A stretch of 64,000 bases of DNA, taken from Acanthaster planci (Eukaryota). The position numbers were made by a program, and so were the translations under genes. The stretch covers positions 124,001-188,000 of the forward strand of contig NW_019091362.1 in the NCBI RefSeq assembly GCF_001949145.1, read 5' to 3'. Shown here in pieces: positions 40,019 to 51,830 of this stretch. Each line of letters opens with the position of its first letter. Positions within the stretch are counted from its first letter, which is position 1. The notes under the pieces are model-generated. The model saw nothing but the letters and a program-made list of their open reading frames with translations, had not been told where the DNA came from and searched no databases.

Positions 40019-41570
40019 TTAGGGTCTGAACTCCAACCTCCATAGAAGTCCCTAGAACAGGTTGTCAGTAAAGGAATCAACAGAGGAAAATTAACAGCTG
40101 TTGGGGGCCAATTATACATCAGTTGCACTTGATGACAGGGTCAGCAGCTGGACATCTACATTTAGTAACTCATTTTGTTAGGTGTTGGTAAATTTATGAG
40201 GGCTTTGAAATTGCAAATCTCCCTTGCACTCTCCACATATTGAAAGAAGTCTTCCTGATGGATGCCATGACACGGGTGAAATATCAACAGCAGTGTTTTG
40301 GACGTTATCTTTGGCACCAATTGCGTGGTACCACTTTCTGTTGTGACTTGCCCAGTTATAAATTGGTATTGTCAAGAAGTTCACTCACTCTTCTTGTTAA
40401 GAAGTTTTTCTGTCATTACATTAGTCACATCATCTGTCAGGATTCTATCTTCTTGAAGCTGGTACTTTTGACATTAAGCACACCATCAATGCATTTTTGG
40501 GATCTAATTGCACTTCCTTGAGAAATTATCGACGTCCTGCAGGTGTCAGGTTTAGCTTCTTTTGAGTGAGTTTGTAGTAGGTACTTCACTGACTTGTCGA
40601 ATTACAAGAGACCAAATCTCTCCACACGTTCACGCCTAGGGCCTCCACACAGTCACAAATCGTTTATAAAGTTTCAAAATTCATAATAAAGTCTCTAACA
40701 GATTACTTTGAAATTTGAATGTTTATTTCGTGTATTTCATTTTCAATTTCCTTAAGTTTTATTGTGAAACTCACAACGGTTTTGGTTTTACTGTAAAGAA
40801 TGAACGTCGTGTGAATCCATGTTCTCGTTCCAGTCTGGAAGGTTATGGCACCGCTCCACCTTTTGCAGCACTTCATACAAACTCGTTTTTGTGGCCGGAC
40901 TTTCCAAAAGAAATCTGGGCATTCTGATTGGCTAAAAAGCATCATCATGGCCATTTCCGAATAGATCCGAAGTTACTCTGCAACGTAACATGTGTTCCAG
41001 GTCAATCGGTTCGCAGACAGTGGAGCGACAAATTTTTGAAAAATTAAACCTATTTTTTGAGGTGAAGAGTCCCCTAAATTACCAGAGAACATCTTTTTAT
41101 AAATGTGATTTGTAAAGGCTTATTATCTAAAAGGACCCTCAAAAAAGAAAGCAAAATGACAAGGTTTTGGCGACTTGCGAGAGTCCAGTGTGCATGTATA
41201 CCACGTAGGCCAGGCCAATGTGTACATGAGCACTCATACACACACGCAGTGAATGCTGTGTACTGTACCAGTATGTACTTGAACTGTGTAGCGCTGCCGG
41301 TCACTCGCACTGTACAGGGAGATTGTGGCATTTTTGCACAGTGCTGAGTGGAATTTTACCCCTGTTGCAGGTCTGTACAGACTTAAACTTTGTGTTTTGA
41401 TGACTTGAGAATCCTGACAATGAAACCATGAGAGTATTGTAGTAAAGAAGAAGAAAGGAAATCTGGGGAAGGTAGCATTTCTGACAACAGATATGGAAGG
41501 TAAATTATGACTTTCTCGGTACTAATAAAATGTAAATGTCATTCATTGTAGTTAGTATGTATCAGATGTA

Positions 41571-42101
41571 GAGGGTACGTTTTCAGCCAGAAGCCTCCAC
41601 ATTCACTAAATTAAGTTCATTAATATGCTAATTACATCAATTCATTAATTTATTTTTAAGTGTGATTTTAATGCTTTCCAAACATTGCAAGCAGTTTCTT
41701 CTGAAGGTGTTTAGTACTTAATTTAAAAAAACTCATTGCTTTTCTTTACAGAACACTAAATATTGGACACATTTGCACAAATTAATATGTAAATAATATG
41801 CAAGTATAAATACGTATTTTTTAAAACTTATTTAGAAATTCAGATACTGCTAATTGAACATATCCTGAAAGTTTCAGGTCGTTGCAATTAATATTTTTCG
41901 AGATAGACACTAATTAGTACCCATGCAAGTCAATTTTGTGGTGCCATCCTTGAAACAAAAAACATAGGAATGACCTTTGACCTCCAGTCTCCAAAGTCAT
42001 TGGAAAAACTGACATATAAACAGTTTCATCTCCGCAACGATAGGAGCTTTTTCAGAAATTCAAAATGGATTTTAATTTTGTTAAACCCCCCCTTCATCCT
42101 G
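41571..42101. mobile_element. Degenerate Tc1/mariner-like non-autonomous remnant
   Basis: ta|GAGGGT left end, CATCCTG|ta right end, AT-rich interior; TIRs are heavily decayed. Confidence 0.3.
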
Positions 42102-43636
42102 TATACTTATCAAACACAAAGAACCAAGAAGCCGAAAGTGCCTATTTGTAGCTACAGGAGATTCATTGGACATGGACATGATGGCAAGGTGTTTCCTGTG
42201 TCATTACAATCTGCTGCTTGGGAGGAAATTCACTCTGATCTAGGCTTGTCAGATTTGCGGAATCTTTGGTAGAGATAGATCAGTGATAACTATGTTGTAC
42301 AAATTTGTGTCAGATCTTTCCCCTTATTAATGGTGATTCGTATCGAAAAGAGTTATCCAGTGAATTCCCTTGAAATTGTTGCTTTAAACATTCCAATCCT
42401 AATTTCAAGTTCAACACTTTAGAGGAAATCAGTTGAACAGCCTTTTAAGGACATCATTTAATTCCCATGTAAATTATCAGTGGCCAGGCTCTACACTTTT
42501 CAATCCAGCAAAATCCCACATAACATCCGAGTGGACTTGACAGGATCTGTGAGTTCAGGGTACATGTACATGTCGGACGTCAAGTTTATTCCAAGGAATA
42601 TTTTCAGTAGATGCAAAATAGGAAAAGAGATGTGGAGGATGCATAGAGTGCAGAAGATCCTAGCTAGGTCATGGCTCGTTGGCTGATTGGCCAATAAACA
42701 GGCTGAATTTCTCCACCCTCGGCTTACTGTCTGTAGCTTTTACCTTTAACGAATCTAAAGTCTGGCTTGCAGACTTGAATATCTATCTTGCTATAGGTCA
42801 TGTAGGCTACTTTTACCTTGCTGGCTAGACTTAAGATCAGACATGACGTCTATACCAATCATTTCCACTCTCTGTTGACAAAGCTGAACCATCTGTGACG
42901 TCATAGTCTGGTTTTGTGACGTTTAGAACAAATCTTTATGGAAATCTGCAGTGCAGTGACATCAGAGAAATAATTTGGGGTCTCTTTTGGGTCTGGAGTA
43001 ATTTCTAGTCTCCACTACAAAGTCCTTCCAAATAAGGTCTTTGATTTCAGTGTTGTCTAGTTTGTTCGAGACTTGGCGAGAAGCTGTCTATATATCTGTC
43101 TATGTTGTCCGAATGTTGCTCGATGTTCACAATTCAACACAAGAGCCTTAAGACTCTTTTACAGCAAAAGTGGTTACCAGTTCCAAGTGACCCCGTGTAA
43201 GGCTTGGTTTTGAAGCCATAGCATACACAACCAATACATGACTATTCTGTACAATAATAAATAATGCCAGGAGCTGTCTTACACCCTGATGTTGGAGAAA
43301 GTGTCAACATTTGCCTCATTGTGGGAGTCTAAATTTCCTTTGTGAATTATTTATTATTACCTCACCATGGTTTAAATATTGTAAGGAACCCTGTGGGACA
43401 CGTGTGGTAATTATAGATGGCACACAAGTCCCCGAGAAGCAACTTGGAGATGGCTCAGTGGCCATATAGGAGAGTTACATGTAGTAGCTTCCAGAATAGC
43501 ATTGAGGTCAGTCACTCGTTGCTTCAGTGGTCAGTGAAATCTATCTTGGAATCCACTAAATCACAGTGGCATCTTGGGGATTACAAAGGATTGGCATCTT
43601 CCTAATATCAGGAAGTAGATGTCAAAAAGTTGGAGG

Positions 43637-43675
43637 GCCTGACTTTTCGATCCAAGTAGAATCTTTCTCAAAGGC
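43637..43675 (-). ncRNA. Minimal type I hammerhead ribozyme-like motif (Penelope-like element remnant)
   Basis: Minus strand: GCCU-UUGAGAA-A-GAUUC-UACUU-GGAUC-GAAA-AGUC-AGGC. It lies in a 54-bp insert (43625-43678) flanked by the 15-bp direct repeat AGGAAGTAGATGTCA. Confidence 0.6.
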
Positions 43676-46600
43676 AAAAGGAAGTAGATGTCACCGGCCT
43701 TTGTAGTGTGTCCAGTTGATGTTGATTGTCACAGCGGTCGTCTTGGTTAAGTATCTGTCCATCGTTTCTAATACAATAAGTTTAAGGGGTTAAATTGGGA
43801 TTGGCATAATCTGTTTAAGCTGCATACAGCCAGCCTCTATAACAGAAAGATCTAGTTTTATGGATTAGAAATCTTTTTGGTATTACCCTAATGACTAACC
43901 GTTAATCTTTCAGGATATCGTAAGTATGCTATGGCTGTGCTATATTGCTTTGATGAAATGATCTGTCACTTTCAGTATTGCCTGACAGTATACAGCAAAG
44001 CCACTGCTGAACTTTTACATCACCTCACCATGTAAGGATCTTGGTGTGATTTTTTTTTACACATTATATTCAAGGAAATCTATGGAAATGGCTGTTGAGG
44101 CTTTGTTCCCATTCAAATATAGCCACAGTGAACCATTCCTGAACTTCTGAGGAAATCAAGTAAATGGCTTTTAGTAAGGGGGGTGTGAGGATAGTTTAGA
44201 AAATCGAATTTCCTGAAATTTAGTGAACACTCCCTGAACTTGTCTTTTAACCATCTCTGGAAATCAGTAAGATGAGGTGTGTCCTGGCTACTTTCCTCCT
44301 CGTGTCCATGTCAAGTAAATTATGTCCATGTAAATCGGTTTGCTGAAAGAATTGGAAGTGGCAAGACATTGCATCACATGCTTACAGTACATCATGGGTC
44401 TTACAGCCACAACAGGTGACTGACTCAGACTCAAGATACATGTATATAGGGGAATATTGGCAAAGTTGGTGGCCTTTCTTTACCATCACACTTTCAGAGA
44501 AATGTACAGGGTATGCACTGATACACAGCTTTGAAATTAGAGATCAGTGATTTTACCCTAAAAGAGCCAAGAGGGTAGAATCTGCCCCTCCACATTTTTT
44601 GCAATGTTGTTGCAGTACATCTTTTCCTGCACCAAGCCATAAGAACTTTTTTGTAACATCTTGTCATTTTTGACACCAGTTTTGTGAAAATCAGACACTC
44701 TGTTCTCAAGCAGCACACGGGTCAGCCAAACATCCATACTTCTTCCCTTTTGTGCTCAATGTGTGGGCCAACATGTTTGAGACCATCAACTTCAAATGAC
44801 CACAACATCAAAACTCTGTCGTGTTGAATTGCAACTTCACATTTTTTTTATTGATAATGAGAGTCTCCACATGGCTGCCAAGTTTCAAAATAATGGGACA
44901 TGTGACAGCTGAGATCTTAGACATGGAGGCCCCCCCGCTATGGGCTGGTTCCTCCCCTCATCTCAGACAAAAAAAGCTCTATGAGGATTGAGCAAAATGA
45001 AGAAAACACAGGGGTGCCAGTGTTCAAGCAAAAGCATGATTTGGGGCTTTTCTTTGCAATGTTGGGCTAATTTCAGGCCTTAACAAGGTACATGCAGGCT
45101 TCTCTGATTTTCTTTTCTGGCTCTGAACAAAAGCGAGACTGGCATCCTTGGAAACTCATTGCCAAACTACAGAGGCAACTGCCACCGAAGTCGAACAGCA
45201 TATAAAGTACATGTATATCAGAGATTGTTTAAATTCTGTTTCTAGGGAGTCTTATGACTTCATAGTCTAGAGACCCTGGAATTGACTCATGTCGTATTCA
45301 GGTTCTCCAGGGTACTTAAATGATGTACAGTGGGGTATGAGGAAATGATCGTTTATTGTGTGTATTCACCTGATAAAGCATCAGCCATCTGATGTATGTG
45401 AGAATGGATGGGTCAGCAACAAAAGATTAGTCAGAGTGTCTGACATTTACATAGTCAGAGGTGTTTGACATACATGTAGAGATGAGCATGATACTGTCTG
45501 GAGTTGTGTCCAAAAAGTCTCTATAATTTCCTGAAGTTTTAGCTGGCTGCTGTGGCATATGGCTTTTCCAGACAAGCTTTGTAAAATGTGAGTGTTTGTC
45601 ACTGATTGGTTGGATGCCAAGTGTGTGGACATCACATCGAGTCACTTGTCACATTTATTGCATTTTGCCAATTTTTCGGTTTGGACATACTTCTAATTTC
45701 TGCTATTACTACGGAAACGATTAAACAACACCTGACACTTACCGTTCAAGGCAGGAAACTTGGGAGATGTACCACGAGGCCCAGCTTGAGCCAGATCATT
45801 CTGTATCGTGTGCAGTTTCAAGATGCATCACACCGACCCTGTTGCTTGAAACTCAGCTTGCACTGACTACAGCCTTCACCAAAATGTTGTCAACTGATTC
45901 ACATGGAGGGGCTTTCCTTGCAGGCCTCCCTCAAATAATCCAGCCACCAACTCCTCAACTGAATTCAGACTCATGAATTCCAAAATGCTCTGATAATTGT
46001 GCGGAGACTCTTGGATCCTGTGTGCTGCTATGGCGATGGGGGGTCAGGATATTTTGTTGAAGCATCTTTGGTGTTTTGTCATTTATCTGACTTTGTTTTT
46101 GAAAGAAGCTGTCAAGGTGAGATGCATGTAAATTTGATTTTGTGTTGGAAGGCAAGGGGATAAGATATTCCACAATCCAGGGACTGTAATATCTTGCATC
46201 AGCTAGTGATGTGGGGACGTTCACTTAGCTGCAGTGGTATTTTGATTTATCACTTATTTCTACTATGAAATATTTTGCTCGTTAGTGAGGAAGGTTGTCT
46301 TCTGCTGCACAGTAACTGCTGCCTTACAGAGCTTGATACTAATATGATGACCAGAAGTAAAAGCCATGAAACGATGACATTGCTTGTATAGAGTATCGAA
46401 GCTTGCCATCATTTCAACCAGGAAGTGTAGTGCCAATGGATGTAATACGTACGCGTGTTTCTTCACGCATTAATGCCTTCAATACTTACAGCTGTGCGCA
46501 TAATGTATTCACCACATTAATCGATACCCATATTAAACACCTCGACCAATAGGATAATTGTCATTTGCCAAAATACATGCTATGCCTGCAGTTGAAGGAA

Positions 46601-47121
46601 GCGTGTTACATGCATATGTATGTGCACCTGTTGTGATGTCACTGCAGTACTGGCATCTCCTTAAATCAGTCTAATGTACATGTACATTGTAATCACAGTC
46701 ACATTGAAAACATACCCTTAATTTGCTTTTTATCATACAGACTTTGTTAAACTGAAACCAGTCTAGCATTCTTCCTTGAACATGTACATGCCTGTGTTAT
46801 CTACAGTGTTCTTGCAAGCGAACTTAAAATATTGTAGTTGAATGGAATTCAAAGTCAAGTAGTGTTTGCCAGTTGTTTCATTTTGTACCTACATGTAAAC
46901 AAACCCTGGAGTCCAAAGAGTTCTGACAAAATATTGCATGTTGTTGATTTCTGCAGTGGCTTTGAAGATTTGTTTTGTTGAATAAAGTAAGTTTCACTTT
47001 TGGCCATTGGATTTGTTTCATCTCAGCTTGGGGGAAAAAAACACTCAGAAAAAAGAAAAGAAAATATGACGATTTGGAAATTACTAGAAGTTCTGGCAGG
47101 GTGAGCTTACATGTAATTAAG

Positions 47122-47271
47122 CATCGGTGGCAGAAGTGGTAGGGGGGTCACTGGCCCCTTCACTAGGGCTTACTCCCCCCCTCCTTACTTTGGGCAGGTC
47201 CCAATGATGGCTGGTGCACGATGGTTTCATAAATGACCCTCCCTCCTTTGAAAATCATTCTGCCGCCATCG
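47122..47271. mobile_element. Short hAT-like MITE, 150 bp
   Basis: Ends CATCGGTGGCAGAA / TTCTGCCGCCATCG (imperfect TIR); exact 8-bp TSD TAATTAAG at 47114-47121 and 47272-47279. Confidence 0.65.
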
Positions 47272-47917
47272 TAATTAAGCATCAAGTCACTGAGAGCATC
47301 ATGAATACCCAATGCTACACCGATTCATTAATGCAGGAAACCTTTCATTTATCGGCCGGGAGTATCTTCAGGCAGAACTTAATGGTGCCATTAGAGTGGA
47401 GAAGTAAAAACACTTCACTCTTTGTCAAGCGTTCCACTTGATACACTCAATATTTTGTATAAATGGATTTAGGCAAGTGTAAAATTGTATCTTCACAGGC
47501 AATGCCGTGAGAAAATGGACCTTTGGTCATGCTGCTACCAATCCCATGATTAAGCATAATTCACATACAAAACGTTTCACCTAAAAATGAAAGTATAATT
47601 GTAAGTAATGCTATTTCTTGGCATTTCCACTCTGTTTTCAAAAAAGTCTGTTTTGTTTAAAATTTACCCATGATAATGGGGGTTTGGTAACAGAGTGACC
47701 AAATGTCCACTTTCGCTGGGAATTCTCATCAAGCTGCTCGGCCATATTGGTGAAAAGAATCGTTCCAGTTAACTCACCTAAATTGAAAATTTTAAAACTA
47801 TACGTAAAGAGCATGAGAGCATAAAGTGCATTGTAAATGTTATTAGTAATTGTGTGACAAATTGAAATGGGCAACATGATGTGGTAAACTCTGTTTGGAT
47901 TTGTTTCTCCTCTACAG

Positions 47918-48040
47918 GATCTTAAAGAAGAATGCATCAAGTTACACAACCGTGTGCGTGAATTAGAACAACAAAATCGCAACTTGAAATGTTTGTTTGA
48001 GAGAGATCGTCAATGCTGCGGACCACTCTCACCCATTCAG
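47918..48040 (+). CDS. NCKAP5: NCKAP5-like coding exon, 123 nt: DLKEECIKLHNRVRELEQQNRNLKCLFERDRQCCGPLSPIQ
   Basis: Acceptor tttctcctctacag, donor gtatgt. Matches the recalled family segment DLREECVKLKTRVFDLEQQNR. Confidence 0.93.
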
Positions 48041-48506
48041 GTATGTCCAGTTCACTCTGTTCTGGAAGACCAACATGTAAAACTTAAGTGGGATGCATGT
48101 ACCGATAACTTTCATGTACCGATAGTTTGGGAGGGGCTGACGTTAATTCCCGTCTGAATTTCTGTTGGGAGCCTTTCTATGTAATCTGTCCATGGTCTGC
48201 ACAAGAAACACGTTGAACTTCCAACAAACTACAGACATCACAGCCATTTTACCCAACCTAGCTGTAGATTTGTCCAGAGTGGGAATGCAGGCCAGTTTAG
48301 AAGGTCATTCCCATTTGATCAGGTTGGTAGACACACAAGGATAGGACAAGAAATTATAACATTTGCAAATTGTCTACCACCTGTTGTGAAATGGATTGGA
48401 AATTAGTAAGTGACATTGTTAGTGTTCAAAAATCTGCATTTGTTCTTGCACTTATGTACAAGTACATGTTACTGTATTGATATTCAGGTGTTCATTCGGA
48501 GTTGAA

Positions 48507-48558
48507 ATTTTACATGAACTTCATACTAAAATATTTTACATGAACTTCATACTAAAAT
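48507..48558. repeat. 26-bp perfect tandem duplication
   Basis: ATTTTACATGAACTTCATACTAAAAT x2. Confidence 0.9.
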
Positions 48559-50805
48559 ATAGTTTTCTGTACTAAATGTTATATTTGGTCTCACCCAAAA
48601 GCACTGTCAAATATGAGTCTGCAATTACAGATAGTCAGAATGGCATTTGAGGAGTTGGTGAATGGTCTCTTCATCAGCAGCTAGGGGATTGTATCCTTGC
48701 TGCTTCCAACAGGATCCACACTCACAACTGCTGGTGCATGATACTACCAAAGATCCATTGTATTGCATCTATGCAGCATGATGGGGAAGTTTTGTGGTGG
48801 AAGTCAGTTTCGTTAGTGAACCTTTCTCTGGTTTGTGATGTCAATGGGCTGGTTGGCCAGTCTCTCTTTGTGAGCAGTTATGTAGATATGGATGTATCTC
48901 TTTGACCATGCTTCTCTGTAATGTGTGATCAGAGAAATTATTTGCTTCCAGAAATCTGCACAAATGAGTACAAAGTGGACCGCTGAAACTCACTGATTGT
49001 GTAGAGAAGTTGTATCTTATTTAAAACTGCTTACCAGATTATATTTGCATAGTGCTTAACAGAAATAGAATTTTCATCATGGCTTGCATGAAGTTTCTGA
49101 AAAGCAATTCTAAATTTTATGGAAATAAATTCTGGCAGGGATAAATACATGTATTTTAAGTTGTTTTTAAATAGATAAATGAGGGGGACGGAAAAAAAAT
49201 GGCAGTTCATGTTTGCAGATAAGTGAATAATATCCAGGAGCATTGGATTCTTATCTGCCAAAACCTGTGTGGTTTGTGTACTTTCTTTCATGTACAACAT
49301 TGTAGACTTGACTGTGATTAATCTTGAAAGTCGAGGGTGCATATGTGGAGTACATTATTGAGAGCACCGGTCAGAGTCCATTAAATATGAAATGAAATCC
49401 AAGGATCACACACAAGATCTGATTTATTAGATGTCAAATCATTAATTACTCCAACTTTATTCCATTTGCCATTTTCTGTTCACCATTGGGGGATCGTGAT
49501 TCTGTAGATAAGGATAGAATTTAAGCCAGTAATTCCAAATTCTTCCGTTATAAGTTCAAGACTCTCAGAATCATTTCTTGAGTTGTCCTTGTACTGATGA
49601 ACTCTGTGAGCTTCATGGAGCTATTTCCTGTCATGCAGTTATTGCTGCATTTGGAAGAAATTGCTGAAGCATGAACAAAGATGCTCTCAGACAAGAAGTT
49701 AAGAATAAATGAATGTGTTCGTCTCAGAACAAATGTGGTAATGGATGTCGGAATGACGCACCTGATATTTCTTGCCTTTCTAACTTTTTGTCTGGTTTTG
49801 CTGTTTTTTATTCTCTTGATGGATATTTCTTCATTACTTTTCTTTTCTCTTGGCTTTTGTCCACGATTTCCAACTGCAAAGAGCCTGGATTCTTTTCAAC
49901 ATTTAGTCATTTTTCTTAAAGCCTGTTTCATATTAAGGCACAGGAAGACATCGTGTAGTCCTGACTTGAAATTAAAGATTCAGACACTTGCATTTCCTAG
50001 GCACACACCATCCAAACTCCTGCTTTGATGACATATTGTGTCAGCAAGCGATCCAACCTGAGTAATATGTGAGGGCCCATCACAGCCGGTTTTTATTTCT
50101 GAATTGTCCCTGATGAATCCTTGGTTCATCAAGCCTGGCCTCACGTTAACACTTAAGAAATTATGACTACCCTGTCTGCTCATCCTTTTGTGTCACATGA
50201 TTCCATCTGACATCTAGTTTGCTCCAAGTGACTCCATTTGAATCACTTTTTTTGCCTCAACGATTCTCAGTGTATCACAAGGAAGCACAAGAAAGTTGAG
50301 ACTCGAAGATGTGATAGCCTTGACTCTCAACCTTGTACCCATCTTGAATGACTGTATGTGTCAATGGGAGTGCTGGGGTTTGGCAACCACCTTATCACAC
50401 GACACAGTTTCCAACCACATTTCCTCCCCGGTATGGATACATTTCAGTGTATCAAACCGATGATGAAATATGGCTCCCACAGAATTGGCACTTAAGTCTC
50501 TCCCCCCGCCCAATCTCCTTGGCCAACCTTTGTAGGACATGACGCCATTCTTTTCATTCATTCATTCTGTTTTTTTTTGTTCGATTTTCAGTGTGGTTAC
50601 AGTTACATGTAGTCTTCAACTTGCCATATTTAAGTTATGCATACTTTTTTCTTTTTCCATCTAATGCTCTTCAAAACTTCTAATAAATTTTTAATCAGTA
50701 TTACCGGAAGGCAGACCTTTATATTCCACAAAAAAAGAAAATAAATTTACGAAATGAATCACTGGCAATTGTCTTTTAATCTTTCCATCACATCATTCAA
50801 TACAG

Positions 50806-51054
50806 GGCTGTTTCCAACACCCGTTTTCTAATCTCATGTCACTGGGTCCCACGTCCTCGCTCTCCACTGGCCAATCACAGAGCTTGGCTCCACCCAGCAG
50901 CAATGCCAGCCCCGTCCTGCTCAGGCCCAGTCGAATCCCTGACAGGGGACCGAGACAGGAACAGCTCAACAGCAGCGAGGGTCTGTCCTCTGACTCATCA
51001 CATCCTGCTTCATCATGCGAACCAGCCCAGGGTAGTCCGGTGCACGGCGCCAAG
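50806..51054 (+). CDS. NCKAP5: NCKAP5-like coding exon, 249 nt, Ser/Pro-rich, contains SRIP
   Basis: Acceptor ctttccatcacatcattcaatacag, strong donor AAG|gtaagt, phase 0/0; in frame with ORF 50836..51159. Confidence 0.8.
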
Positions 51055-51830
51055 GTAAGTCTCCACTGGGAGGGAAAGCAAAGGGGGGAAGATAGAGGTT
51101 TGGAAGGAGGTAATCGGTTGTCATGCCCTGTCTGGCGTCCTTGGCCTGCCCTAGTGTGACACAGCAATCATCAACTCACAGACTTGTCTGTCAGGATTTC
51201 TCTGTGACTGGGTCAGAAAGTTGGCTCCTCATGATTAAAGCCCTTGACCCCAACTGTCCCATCTCAAAAGGAAAAAAGGCTAAGAAGTAATGGTTCACTG
51301 GCAAGCACCTGAAAGTGCTGGAGTAAAAGACAGGAAAGTAAGCAGAGAATCAAGTACACAAGTTAGCATTCATGTGTAGAAATTAAACTGGTAACCAACC
51401 ATGTTAGGAAGACGTTTCATTATAGACTGCAAAGCATATTTCTTGCCTTTTGGGAGACAAACTCATGCTATCTATATGTGCGTATTGCACTTCGCTAATT
51501 TTGTGAACATCAAGATGTGCAGAAGTTGGAGATACTCTTTCATAAAAATACAAAGAGATTTTATGTGTGTCTGATATCTATGTGTTTACTGATATTGTTC
51601 AGCAAAATTGTTTATGGTATTGCATTTCAAAAACTAAAGGCCAAGAGGATTAAAATCTTTGTTAATTATATCTGAAATATCTTTCATCTATTCCAAAAAG
51701 GAAATATCGAAAATACGAAAAAGGAATTTTCTTTGAACTAAGTGATACCTACTTAATGTTTATTAAGTATTGAACATTTCTGCGTAGTTCTAAGGTATTG
51801 ATGTTACTGTTTTTATTTTCACTCCTGTAG

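Noticed and set aside
45009..45150. Possible hAT MITE with CAGGGGTGCCAGT / ACTGGCATCCTTG ends
   Set aside because: Short TIR (11 of 13) and no clean TSD; not enough support.
45735..45950. Minus-strand donor CG|gtaagt suggesting a nested antisense gene
   Set aside because: All three frames upstream are interrupted by stops and I found no partner exons.
49681..50028. 115-aa ORF with a hydrophobic stretch
   Set aside because: T-rich intronic sequence naturally encodes F/L; no splice or homology support.
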